A program made the translations under genes and the position numbers. From positions 1,600,001 through 1,664,000 of the forward strand of contig OZ239628.1 of the NCBI GenBank assembly GCA_965195345.1: a DNA stretch of 64,000 bases, read 5' to 3'. Below, piece after piece: positions 1-9,611 of the stretch. The notes below the pieces were generated by a model, which saw nothing but the letters and a program-made list of their open reading frames with translations, searched no databases and was not told the origin of the DNA. This stretch comes from an uncultured Thiomicrospira sp. (GTDB lineage Bacteria; Pseudomonadota; Gammaproteobacteria; CAKMZV01). Positions within the stretch are counted from its first letter, which is position 1. Every line of letters begins with the position of its first letter.

Positions 1-987
1 ATGCACCTTGAAATCGAAAAGATAATTAATGCAAATTTCAACACATCTCTGCCCTTTCCATGGAACGCAGCCGATGCTAAATCGGCTGTACATAACCACT
101 TGATCGCTCTCAAACATGGGGACACTTATCGCTGGCAAGCAAGCGTTGAAAAAATTCGACACTCATCACCCAAAACCGCTCACTTCAACCTCAAAAATCG
201 CCTTATACAAGTTGGTGATAACTCATGCCCAGAAACGCTTGACCTTCAAAATTATTTTATGGAACTTCGTCCATGGCGAAAAGGACCCTACGTAATTCAT
301 GGCTGCATGATAAATTGTGAATGGCGGAGCGACTTTAAATGGCAAAGATTAAAACCTTTTGTCGATTTCAAAAACAAAACCATCCTCGACATTGGTTGCA
401 ATAATGGCTACTATGCTTTGCGTATGATTGGTGCTGGAGCAAGCAGCGTGCTCGGCGTTGATACTAATTTATTGGCTTTCCACCAATATCAAGCAATAAC
501 CACCTCCGTACCACAACTGCCCTTTTGGCTACTCACTTTGCCCTTTGAGCAACTACCAACAAACATAGCAGACTTTGACATCGTTTGTTCAATGGGCATA
601 ATCTACCACCGGAAAAACCCACACGAACATCTACAAAGTATACTTCAACGTCTAAAATCAGGCAGTCAACTTGTACTCGAAACACTTACCCTACCAAATG
701 ACTTTCCTGAGGACTCCATCCAACCAGCTCCCCACAAACGCTATGCACAGATGCGCAATGTTTGGTGGATTCCAAAAATTAGCGTCCTAATAAAGGCACT
801 CCAACAGTCAGGGTTTGAGACAATCACTCACATTATGACAAACCAAACAACACCCTCGGAGCAGCGTCACACTTCATGGATGCGCTTTCACTCCTTACCT
901 GAATTTCTCTCCCCAAGCAATCCGCAATGCACCATTGAGGGCTACCCATCACCTCAACGAACAATATTAACGGCACGTAAACCATGA
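1..987 (+). CDS. cmoB: tRNA U34 carboxymethyltransferase CmoB
   Basis: Motifs LRPWRKGPY, EWRSDFKW, SAM-type LDIGCNNGYY, RYAQMRNVW and TIEGYPSP. The start is at the window edge. Confidence 0.93.
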   Translation: MHLEIEKIINANFNTSLPFPWNAADAKSAVHNHLIALKHGDTYRWQASVEKIRHSSPKTAHFNLKNRLIQVGDNSCPETLDLQNYFMELRPWRKGPYVIHGCMINCEWRSDFKWQRLKPFVDFKNKTILDIGCNNGYYALRMIGAGASSVLGVDTNLLAFHQYQAITTSVPQLPFWLLTLPFEQLPTNIADFDIVCSMGIIYHRKNPHEHLQSILQRLKSGSQLVLETLTLPNDFPEDSIQPAPHKRYAQMRNVWWIPKISVLIKALQQSGFETITHIMTNQTTPSEQRHTSWMRFHSLPEFLSPSNPQCTIEGYPSPQRTILTARKP

Positions 988-1946
988 ATCAACAAACTGT
1001 CCAGCACCACACCATTGAAGAATCTGATCAAGACAAAAGGCTTGACAACTACCTCATCCGTGTTTTAAAAAATGTCCCAAAATCACGCATTTATCGCATG
1101 ATACGCTCTGGCGAAGTACGCGTCAACAAAGGGCGTTGCAAGGCAGGAATGCACCTTAAAGTAGATGATTTGGTCCGTATTCCTCCATTGTTTATGGAGG
1201 AAAAAGATGCCCCTAAAATACCTCTTTCAGCAATTGAACAAATACGTAAATGTGTTTTATATGAAGACGATCATTTACTGATTATAAACAAACCTGCTGG
1301 CATTGCCGTACACGGTGGTACTGGCATTGCATTTGGACTAATTGAGACACTCTGGCAACACCCTCCATGGGGGAAAGCTGAATTAGCCCACCGATTAGAC
1401 CGCGACACCAGTGGTTGCTTGCTAATAGCAAAAAAAGCACAATGTTTAAAACTGCTGCATGTACTCTTACGACAACATTCAATAAAGAAAGACTACACGG
1501 CAGTAGTTCATGGACGTTGGCCAAAAAAACTAACAACCATCGATCTCCCATTGAAGAAATTTAGTGCCGCCAACGGTGAAAGATTTGTGCGTGTTCATCC
1601 TGAAGGAAAACCCAGTATCACACACTTTAAAGTGTTGGCTCAAAACATTTCATCAAGCCTGCTTGAAATTAACCTTGAAACTGGACGTACCCATCAAATT
1701 CGAGTGCATTGTCACCATGCTGGACATCCTATAATTGGGGATGCAAAGTACACCGATAAAACGGCTTATCAAGTGAAGGAAAAAAAACGAAAATCAAAGG
1801 ATTTAAAAGGCTTGATGTTGCATGCAGGTAGTTTGAAATTTCGTCACCCATTCACTGACAAAACAATTGAAATTGACGCACCATTACCAATCAAATTCCA
1901 ACAATTCATTAACAATAATCTTGCCTATCCCCTACAAAAAAAATAA
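984..1946 (+). CDS. rluC: 23S rRNA pseudouridine synthase, RluC type
   Basis: N-terminal S4 domain (RLDNYL..VPKSRIYRMIRSGEVRVN), catalytic HRLDRDTSG, TGRTHQIRVH. Confidence 0.93.
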   Translation: MNQQTVQHHTIEESDQDKRLDNYLIRVLKNVPKSRIYRMIRSGEVRVNKGRCKAGMHLKVDDLVRIPPLFMEEKDAPKIPLSAIEQIRKCVLYEDDHLLIINKPAGIAVHGGTGIAFGLIETLWQHPPWGKAELAHRLDRDTSGCLLIAKKAQCLKLLHVLLRQHSIKKDYTAVVHGRWPKKLTTIDLPLKKFSAANGERFVRVHPEGKPSITHFKVLAQNISSSLLEINLETGRTHQIRVHCHHAGHPIIGDAKYTDKTAYQVKEKKRKSKDLKGLMLHAGSLKFRHPFTDKTIEIDAPLPIKFQQFINNNLAYPLQKK

Positions 1947-2044
1947 AAAAAATTACTCCAAAAAATACAGCTTGACTCATAGCATTCACCCATTAAATCA
2001 AGATCATTCACAAATTTTGTGTTCCGCGCAGTATGCAACTATTG

Positions 2045-2053
2045 TGCTACAAT
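2045..2053 (+). promoter_or_regulatory. Putative extended -10 promoter for the dapD operon
   Basis: TG-C-TACAAT in the 260-bp gap upstream of dapD; no clear -35. Confidence 0.4.
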
Positions 2054-2206
2054 CGTATTTAATTAAGTCATCGCTTGATAATATTTTTTCGCGTTAACAA
2101 ATCTTAACCGTGTCGTATATGTACTTCAGAATACAAACGCTTAAATAACAACTTTCATTTAGAAAAAAACGCCAAGAAAAATCACCATTACTAGATAGGA
2201 ATCACA

Positions 2207-3043
2207 ATGCACAAACTTGCATCAATCATTGAAGACGCTTGGGAAAATAGAGATAAATTAACACCCTCTAGCGTGTCTGCTGACATTAACAATGCCGTTG
2301 AAGAAGTCATCGCCAGCCTTGACTCTGGCTCTGTACGGGTTGCTACTCAACGCGGTTGCGGCGATTGGGAAGTCAATCAATGGGTAAAAAAAGCTGTATT
2401 ACTCTCTTTCAGGTTGCGCGAAAATCGTTCAATGTCATGCGGTGATGGGCTACGATTCTACGACAAAGTAGAGACAAAATTCAACAACTGGAGTGATGCA
2501 CAATTTACCGAAGCAGGCATTCGCATAGTTCCTTCGGCAATTGCTCGAAAAGGGGCATACATAGCACCCAATACAGTGCTTATGCCTTCCTATGTTAACA
2601 TTGGCGCTTACGTGGACAGTGGCACAATGGTTGATACTTGGGCTACCGTTGGATCGTGTGCACAAATTGGCAAAAATGTCCACCTTTCAGGTGGCGTAGG
2701 TATCGGCGGCGTTCTTGAACCCATTCAAGCAGCCCCTACAATTATTGAAGATAATTGTTTCATTGGCGCACGTTCTGAAGTAGTAGAAGGTGTCATTGTT
2801 GAAAAAGGATCTGTCATTTCAATGGGCGTATATATTGGACAAAGCACCCGTATCTATGATCGTGAAGCGGACACCATCAGCTACGGAAGGATTCCTGCTG
2901 GATCGGTAGTAGTTTCTGGAAATTTACCTTCTAAAGATGGAAAGTACAGCCTATACTGCGCTGTCATTGTTAAAAAAGTCGATGATAAAACTTTATCGAA
3001 AGTGGGTGTAAATGAACTCCTACGACAAGCCAATCAACTTTAG
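2207..3043 (+). CDS. dapD: Tetrahydrodipicolinate N-succinyltransferase
   Basis: [66 protein letters not shown] upstream. Confidence 0.97.
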   Translation: MHKLASIIEDAWENRDKLTPSSVSADINNAVEEVIASLDSGSVRVATQRGCGDWEVNQWVKKAVLLSFRLRENRSMSCGDGLRFYDKVETKFNNWSDAQFTEAGIRIVPSAIARKGAYIAPNTVLMPSYVNIGAYVDSGTMVDTWATVGSCAQIGKNVHLSGGVGIGGVLEPIQAAPTIIEDNCFIGARSEVVEGVIVEKGSVISMGVYIGQSTRIYDREADTISYGRIPAGSVVVSGNLPSKDGKYSLYCAVIVKKVDDKTLSKVGVNELLRQANQL

Positions 3044-3045
3044 CA

Positions 3046-4194
3046 ATGCAGTCACTTGAAATAGCCAAAGAGTTGATCGCTCGCCCTTCTGTTTCACCCG
3101 ATGACAAAGGGTGTCAAGAATATTTAGCCAGCCTTCTTGAACCAATGGGATTTACCTGTCATCGACTGCAATACGGTGACGTCAGCAACTTGTGGGCAAC
3201 AAGAGGCAGTGGTGCTCCGTTAGTAACATACCTTGGTCATACAGATGTCGTTCCAAGTGGAGAAGATTCTCAATGGCACACCCCTCCTTTTGAACCACGT
3301 GTTATAGATGGCAAGCTATTCGGTAGAGGCAGTGCTGATATGAAAGGTTCGGTTGCTTGCTTTGTTAGTGCCTTGGAGAACTTCCTTGCCAAAAATGCAC
3401 AACACAAAGGAACCATTGGCTTTCTCATAACCAGCGATGAAGAGTCAATAGCCATTGACGGCATTAAACGCGTTGTCAACGATTATTTCAAAAAAAACAA
3501 TATTCAAATAGATCATTGTTTAGTTGGTGAACCAACGAGTGAGGAAGTATTGGGAGATACTATCAAAAATGGTCGACGTGGCTCTCTTGGTGCGAGGGTA
3601 ACTATTTTTGGCAAACAAGGACACATTGCCTACCCTCATTTTGCTCGCAACCCTATCCATCTTGCATCCCCACTGATTGAAGAGTTAACCACTAAAGTTT
3701 GGGACAAAGGAAACCAAGACTTTGAGCCCACTGGTTTTCAAATATCGAATATTAATGCAGGCACCGGTGCCACTAATGTTATTCCAGCACAGTTAAGTTT
3801 TAACATGAATTTTCGTTACAACACAGAGCATACCGATACCGAACTACGCACAACGGTGGAAAGAATGATGCAACGGCACGAACTTGAGTATCAAATCGAC
3901 TGGAAGTTATCTGGTGGACCATACATCTGTCCAACTGATGGCGCTTTGGTTCGAGCATGCAAAAAAACAGGTTTAAAAGTGTTTGGCAAAGAACCTGCCC
4001 TTTCTACTTCGGGTGGCATCTCAGATGGTCGGTTCATCGCTCCTACTGGCGCAGAAACCGTCGAATTTGGTGGTTTAAGCAAGACCATTCACCGCACCAA
4101 TGAGTGTATAGGGCTTGATGAAATTGAAGGACTAACACGCTCCTTTGAAATGATTTTGGAAGAGTTGCTTTGCCGAAACTCAATGACTGGATAA
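3046..4194 (+). CDS. dapE: Succinyl-diaminopimelate desuccinylase
   Basis: M20 motifs GHTDVVP, GRGSADMKG, TSDEE, VGEPT, KNGRRGS; follows dapD. Confidence 0.95.
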   Translation: MQSLEIAKELIARPSVSPDDKGCQEYLASLLEPMGFTCHRLQYGDVSNLWATRGSGAPLVTYLGHTDVVPSGEDSQWHTPPFEPRVIDGKLFGRGSADMKGSVACFVSALENFLAKNAQHKGTIGFLITSDEESIAIDGIKRVVNDYFKKNNIQIDHCLVGEPTSEEVLGDTIKNGRRGSLGARVTIFGKQGHIAYPHFARNPIHLASPLIEELTTKVWDKGNQDFEPTGFQISNINAGTGATNVIPAQLSFNMNFRYNTEHTDTELRTTVERMMQRHELEYQIDWKLSGGPYICPTDGALVRACKKTGLKVFGKEPALSTSGGISDGRFIAPTGAETVEFGGLSKTIHRTNECIGLDEIEGLTRSFEMILEELLCRNSMTG

Positions 4195-4988
4195 GTCACG
4201 CAAAATTAAAGCTCCAAGGCATTAGCAGTAATCCACACGTGGAATTGCAACTCATCATTGATAAACATTTGCAGTTATCATTCGTTGAGCAACTTGATGT
4301 CTTCGTTATTTCTCAACACCAACAACAACAACTTAATCGCGACATTGAGCGTCTCATAAAGGGCGAACCCATCGCTTATGTTGTTGGATTCGCTGAATTT
4401 TACGGCTTACAATTCAATGTAGAAAAAGAAGTCCTCATTCCACGTTCAGACACTGAAGCGCTGATTGAGTGGGTTTTAAGTAACACAGCGGTGACTTTTT
4501 CTGGATCAGTCCTCGATATGGGTTGTGGCAGTGGCGCCATTGCCATTAGTATTAAAAAGCATCGTTCTGCTGCGGAGGTTACCGCTATTGATGTAAATGA
4601 AAAAGCATTAGCTCTCACTCAAATAAATGCAAGGAAAAATCAAACAGAAATAGAATGCATAAAATCTAATTGGTTCAGTAATATTGATAAATCTTTTGAT
4701 TTAATCGTTTCAAATCCCCCCTATATCGCAGAAGACGACCCACATATACCCGCACTGCAATATGAACCTCGATCTGCCCTAATTGCCGACAATCAAGGGT
4801 ACACTGACATTGAGAAAATAACATCTTCCGCCAGAAAATACCTCTGTGACAAAGGCATGTTGATTATCGAGCATGGTCACAATCAAGCGAATCGGTGCAT
4901 GCAACTGTTAATTGACCATGGTTATAGTGAGATATACAATCACCCTGACTTGTCAGGTCGATCTCGATTCTGTACGGCTATACGTTAA
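4170..4988 (+). CDS. prmC: Release factor glutamine methyltransferase
   Basis: GEPIAY, VLIPRSDTE, LDMGCGSG, SNPPY motifs. Confidence 0.93.
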   Translation: MPKLNDWISHAKLKLQGISSNPHVELQLIIDKHLQLSFVEQLDVFVISQHQQQQLNRDIERLIKGEPIAYVVGFAEFYGLQFNVEKEVLIPRSDTEALIEWVLSNTAVTFSGSVLDMGCGSGAIAISIKKHRSAAEVTAIDVNEKALALTQINARKNQTEIECIKSNWFSNIDKSFDLIVSNPPYIAEDDPHIPALQYEPRSALIADNQGYTDIEKITSSARKYLCDKGMLIIEHGHNQANRCMQLLIDHGYSEIYNHPDLSGRSRFCTAIR

Positions 4989-4997
4989 AATATATTC

Positions 4998-5849
4998 ATG
5001 AAATTCGATAGTGCACAAAATTTTCTTGATTGGCAATTCAAAAACATAACCCTGTTGGGCATGTCAGGTGTCGGTAAAACGTACCAATCAGTAAACCTTG
5101 GTAAGCAAGGCTGGTATCACTATTCAACCGATTACCGTATTGGCAGCGCCTACATGAAAAAAGCAATCGAAGAGAGTGTCTTGAAGGATATTGTACTAAC
5201 TCCTGCATTACAACCCCTATTCGACAATCAAAACATCCGCGTATGTAGTGCGCTTACCATTGAAGATCTAAGCCCGCTGTCAAATTTTATCGGCAAACTT
5301 GGAAATCCTGAACTTGGTGGAATCAATTTCCCTGAATTTTTACGTCGCCAGCAGTTGCACTATCATTCAGAAGTTCAAGCCACACTGGATGCCAAACAAT
5401 TTGCAGAGCATGCAAAACAACAAAATTACACTGGTTTCATCAACGATGCCAGCGGCAGTTTGTGCGAAATAGTCGATAGTGGTATTTTTGAGAAAATGCA
5501 ACAATACACACTTATCCTTCACATTAAATCAAGTCAAGAAGATAAAACAGAATTAATTGAAAGAGCACAAGCCTATCCAAAGCCGATGTATTTCAACAAA
5601 GAATTCTTAGAGGAACAAATTCAAATCTTTATGCACGAGCGCAACCATGAATACGTTGCCTTAATCGACCCCTATGCTTTTGCGCAATGGATATTGCCGA
5701 AATTAGTTTACCACCGTGCTGAACTCTATCAATCGCTTGCTGACAATTACGGTTATACAGTAACATCTCAATCAATGAAAGCGGTGCGCACCCAACACGA
5801 TTTTATCAACCTCATTGCTCAAACAATAGAACAATCGCCATGCCTTTAG
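4998..5849 (+). CDS. Uncharacterised P-loop NTPase / kinase-like protein
   Basis: N-terminal Walker A GMSGVGKT; 283 aa; no TM segment; overlaps metA by 10 nt. Confidence 0.75.
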   Translation: MKFDSAQNFLDWQFKNITLLGMSGVGKTYQSVNLGKQGWYHYSTDYRIGSAYMKKAIEESVLKDIVLTPALQPLFDNQNIRVCSALTIEDLSPLSNFIGKLGNPELGGINFPEFLRRQQLHYHSEVQATLDAKQFAEHAKQQNYTGFINDASGSLCEIVDSGIFEKMQQYTLILHIKSSQEDKTELIERAQAYPKPMYFNKEFLEEQIQIFMHERNHEYVALIDPYAFAQWILPKLVYHRAELYQSLADNYGYTVTSQSMKAVRTQHDFINLIAQTIEQSPCL

Positions 5850-6919
5850 TAGCATTAACCGACCTTCCTTCATTCGCCCATCTCAAACGAAAAGGTGAAT
5901 TGGTATTGCAACCCAACCAAGCGGTTAAACAGGATATTCGCGAGCAACATATAGGCTTATTGAACATGATGCCTGATGCTGCCCTTGAGGTAACTGAACG
6001 CCAATTCCTTAGTCTGATTGGACAGAGCAATGAAATTGTTCAATTTCATACACACCTGTTTACCATTCCTACACTTCCTCGCAACGATGAAGCCAAAAGG
6101 CACATTGCACAATATTATGAAACTTTCGATCAAATAAAAGAAACTGGATTGGATGCACTCATCATAAGCGGTGCTAATGTGACACGTGAAAACCTTACCG
6201 AGGAGCCTTTTTGGCAACCACTGGGTGAAGTAATTGACTGGGCGTATGATAATGTAACTTCCACCCTGTGCTCTTGCCTAGCAACGCACGCCGTTATGGA
6301 ACTTCGATACCAGCAAAAACGCAAACGACTCGACAGCAAATGCTGGGGTGTTTTTGATCACCACGTTACCGACCAAACACATCCTCTGGTACGCAACATC
6401 AATACACGCTTTCAGGTCCCCCATTCACGATTTAATGAAGTTAATTATCAGCAGTTTAAAGAAAATAAATTGAAAGTACTAGTTAAAAGTTCTCAAGCCG
6501 GTGTGCACATGGCTACCAGTCCAGATGGCTTTAGGTTGATTTTATTTCAAGGGCATCCTGAATACGACAACATTAGCCTACTAAAGGAATACAAACGAGA
6601 AATAATGCGCTACCAAAATAACGAGAGCACGGACTACCCACCCTTTCCAAGCAACTACTTTGACCTCCAATCGCAAGCTATTTTTCAAGAGTATCGTCAA
6701 CGCATGGAAAATGCACAAAAGGGGTACAACAAACACAACTCGCTGCCTGATTTTCCAGAAACAATCGTTGCAAAAAAAATCCACAATGCTTGGAGCGACA
6801 CTACCAAATCGATTTTTAGCAATTGGACTGGGCTGGTTTATCAACTAACCAACGTTGACCGTAGAATAGCCTTTATGGATGGCATTGATCCAAACGAACC
6901 TCTAAAAGATCTCTACTAG
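5840..6919 (+). CDS. metA: Homoserine O-acyltransferase MetA (probably succinyl-type)
   Basis: QDIRE..IGLLNMMPD...TERQF, catalytic Cys in CSCLA, PHSRFN, FQGHPEYD. Confidence 0.92.
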   Translation: MPLVALTDLPSFAHLKRKGELVLQPNQAVKQDIREQHIGLLNMMPDAALEVTERQFLSLIGQSNEIVQFHTHLFTIPTLPRNDEAKRHIAQYYETFDQIKETGLDALIISGANVTRENLTEEPFWQPLGEVIDWAYDNVTSTLCSCLATHAVMELRYQQKRKRLDSKCWGVFDHHVTDQTHPLVRNINTRFQVPHSRFNEVNYQQFKENKLKVLVKSSQAGVHMATSPDGFRLILFQGHPEYDNISLLKEYKREIMRYQNNESTDYPPFPSNYFDLQSQAIFQEYRQRMENAQKGYNKHNSLPDFPETIVAKKIHNAWSDTTKSIFSNWTGLVYQLTNVDRRIAFMDGIDPNEPLKDLY

Positions 6920-6938
6920 CACTCTGATTAATCAGTGC
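6919..6938. terminator. Hairpin between convergent metA and amidotransferase genes
   Basis: GCACT...AGTGC arms enclosing the perfect palindrome CTGATTAATCAG (6924-6935). No U-tract. Confidence 0.3.
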
Positions 6939-6979
6939 GAAATGCCTGATCTATGCACAGAAAATTAGGTGTTTTAAAA

Positions 6980-8791
6980 TCAAATTTTATGCGTCTGTAG
7001 CCACGCTTCAAGCAAGCTGATATGCCACAGCTTAGACCCTTGAAGTCGCGTAAAGTTCTGTGAGTTTTCTGGGTCTTTGAGTAATTTATCTATATATTTT
7101 CGATTGAAAATTCCTCGCTCAATACATTGCTGAGAATGCAAAATATCGTTCATCCAATCGAGAAAAGAACCACGAACATTCTTTAATGCAGGCATCGGAA
7201 AGTAGCCTTTTTTGCGATAAATAAAATCTTTGCTAAAATACTTTTCAGCCATTACTTTTAATGGATTTTTGCCATTATTTTGTAATCGCCATGCTCCAGA
7301 AGTGCAAGCAGCGTATTCAACCAGTGAAGTATCAAGAAAAGGGACACGCGCTTCTAAAGAGAAACCCATCGTCATATTGTCAACACGCTTAACGGGATCA
7401 TCAACAATCAATGTTGTCATATCCAGCCCCAACACTCGATTGATAAAGTCGCCATGCCCATTGCCAAACTCACCGCCAAGCCGCTGATTGATCCAAGGGC
7501 TTACAGGGTCATCAGCCAACCACTCAGTGTTAAGCATTTGTTGCATTTCGCTCCATTCCCTGTCTACATAAAAGGGCGCAAACTTTTCAACCGCTTCCTT
7601 ATCAGGATTTTGATGATCAAACTGCATCATTTGAGGATACCAAAAATACCCACCAAATACCTCATCAGCTCCCTGCCCGCTCAACACCACTTTAACGTGT
7701 TGAGACACCTGTTCTGCCAACAAATAAAAAGCAATCGCATCCTGACCAAACATGGGTTCAGACATACACTCAATTGCTTCCCCTAACCGTTGTAATACTT
7801 GAGTATTTGGTATGTGTATACGCTGATGTTTGGAGTGATACGCAGAAACCACTTGATCGGAATAATAAAATTCATTCCCTTGTTCTTTTCCTATGTCTTC
7901 AAAACCAATGGAAAAGGTAAGCAACTCGGACATCTCCTGTCCTTGCTGCTTCAAATCCTGTCGAACCTCCTCGACCAATGAAACGATTAATGATGAATCT
8001 AATCCGCCTGAAAGCAAAACCCCGACTGGTACATCCGCTGCCATTAATCTTTTCTTCACCGCTTTTTTCAGCAAACTTTCTATTGACCCTTGCCAGTCTT
8101 TTTCGTCATTCTTCACAGCTGTTTCAAGTACCCAGTAAGGCTTGATTGTATGCTCGCCATTATTGTCAATACGCATGTAATGCGCTGGCGGGAGCTTCTT
8201 AACACCTTTAACAATTGTATCTGGAGCAGGCACCACTGCGTGCAAACTGTACATGAAATGCAAAGCATTCGAGTTGATGCTTTTGTCGATGCCTTCAGTT
8301 TTAATTAATGCGGGTAGTGTTGAAGCAAACCGTAATCGCTGTTGATTGATTGAATAGTATAAAGGCTTGATGCCAAACCGATCACGGCATAAGAAAGTAG
8401 TCCTCTCTCGAGGATCATAAATAGCAAAAGCAAACATCCCATCCAATTTCTTCAGCGCGTCCTCTCCCCAAACTTGCCAAGCACGTAATAATACTTCTGT
8501 GTCACTCGTAGAAGAGAAAGCAACGCCACGCAATTGCATTTCTTCGCGCAGCTCTTTGTAATTGTATATACAACCATTAAAGACCAACATCCAGTCGCCG
8601 TCAACCATCGGTTGAGCACCCGATTTTGTTAAATCTATAATTGATAGCCTACGATGTCCAAAAACAACACCACCACACGAATGCGTGCCATGGTCGTTGG
8701 GACCACGCTTTAGCATGTCTGCCTTCATCACTTCAATCGCCTGAAAATTAAGACGACCTACAAAACGGATTTCCCCACAAATGCCACACAT
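6980..8791 (-). CDS. Asparagine synthase-family glutamine amidotransferase, N-acetylglutaminylglutamine amidotransferase-like (AsnO type)
   Basis: N-terminal MCGICG nucleophile, GHRRLSIIDL, LSGGLDSS, SGQGADEVFGGY, and the subfamily-type stretch VDDPVKRVDNMTM..SLEARVPFLD. Confidence 0.85.
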   Translation of the reverse strand: MCGICGEIRFVGRLNFQAIEVMKADMLKRGPNDHGTHSCGGVVFGHRRLSIIDLTKSGAQPMVDGDWMLVFNGCIYNYKELREEMQLRGVAFSSTSDTEVLLRAWQVWGEDALKKLDGMFAFAIYDPRERTTFLCRDRFGIKPLYYSINQQRLRFASTLPALIKTEGIDKSINSNALHFMYSLHAVVPAPDTIVKGVKKLPPAHYMRIDNNGEHTIKPYWVLETAVKNDEKDWQGSIESLLKKAVKKRLMAADVPVGVLLSGGLDSSLIVSLVEEVRQDLKQQGQEMSELLTFSIGFEDIGKEQGNEFYYSDQVVSAYHSKHQRIHIPNTQVLQRLGEAIECMSEPMFGQDAIAFYLLAEQVSQHVKVVLSGQGADEVFGGYFWYPQMMQFDHQNPDKEAVEKFAPFYVDREWSEMQQMLNTEWLADDPVSPWINQRLGGEFGNGHGDFINRVLGLDMTTLIVDDPVKRVDNMTMGFSLEARVPFLDTSLVEYAACTSGAWRLQNNGKNPLKVMAEKYFSKDFIYRKKGYFPMPALKNVRGSFLDWMNDILHSQQCIERGIFNRKYIDKLLKDPENSQNFTRLQGSKLWHISLLEAWLQTHKI

Positions 8792-8793
8792 AC

Positions 8794-9054
8794 TTAGCTT
8801 AACTTGCCTGATTTACGATACGTCACTTCATGCCAATTAGTTAAAATCTCACGTACTTTCTTTTCCCCTAATAGCTTACTCATATACAGTTTCACTTCGT
8901 CAATGGTCTCAAAGCTATCCTCTATATCTGCTTTGGAATTTGAAATATTCAGTTGAATAAGGTTATTCTCAAAAGAAAGTTTAACAATATAGTCGCTGTT
9001 TATGTATTTCAAGCAAACGGTTTCCCACTGCCCTTTGGGTTTTTCTGGAAACAT
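8794..9054 (-). CDS. Hypothetical protein, 86 aa
   Basis: Fills the gap exactly: its start overlaps the pgsA stop (TAATG) and its stop lies 2 nt before the amidotransferase start. Confidence 0.6.
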   Translation of the reverse strand: MFPEKPKGQWETVCLKYINSDYIVKLSFENNLIQLNISNSKADIEDSFETIDEVKLYMSKLLGEKKVREILTNWHEVTYRKSGKLS

Positions 9055-9608
9055 TATTTTTGACTAGCTGAGTATACAGCATACATATAACTAACCATTG
9101 ACCACAATGACAGAACAGTTGAAATAACAAGCAACACGTCCCCTATAAAACGAATGTCTATCCCTATAAAATCCCTTCCAAAAATCAATAACGACAGTGC
9201 CCAAAATTGCACGAATGTTTTAGACTTACCCCACCAAGATACTTGCAAAGATGATCGAACTTCAGTCGACGTTGCCCATTCTCTAAGGGCAGAAACAATT
9301 ATGTCCCGACCAATAATGAGTATAGCAGCGATTGAATACCACCAGTGATCATAGCTGCCCGCAATAGCAATTGCTGCAGAAGCAATAATCAATTTATCAG
9401 CTATTGGATCAAGAAATTGTCCCAGCTGAGAGGTTGCATTCCAACGTCGAGCAATAAAACCATCAATCCCATCGCTAACCCCGGCAACTACAAATGTAAT
9501 TAAAGCAAACCAATGCGCATTTTCCATACCTGAAAAATAAAAAAACAGCATCACCGGTATCAAAGCAATGCGAGAGAAAGTTATTAAATTAGGGAGGTAG
9601 CGTACCAT
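9054..9608 (-). CDS. pgsA: CDP-diacylglycerol--glycerol-3-phosphate phosphatidyltransferase
   Basis: LPNLITFSRI and the CDP-alcohol motif DGIDGFIARR...GQFLDPIADK; multiple TM helices. Confidence 0.93.
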   Translation of the reverse strand: MVRYLPNLITFSRIALIPVMLFFYFSGMENAHWFALITFVVAGVSDGIDGFIARRWNATSQLGQFLDPIADKLIIASAAIAIAGSYDHWWYSIAAILIIGRDIIVSALREWATSTEVRSSLQVSWWGKSKTFVQFWALSLLIFGRDFIGIDIRFIGDVLLVISTVLSLWSMVSYMYAVYSASQK

Positions 9609-9611
9609 GTG

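Noticed and set aside
1947-2206. Lysine riboswitch upstream of dapD
   Set aside because: The region is AT-rich without the conserved helices or motifs of the lysine aptamer.
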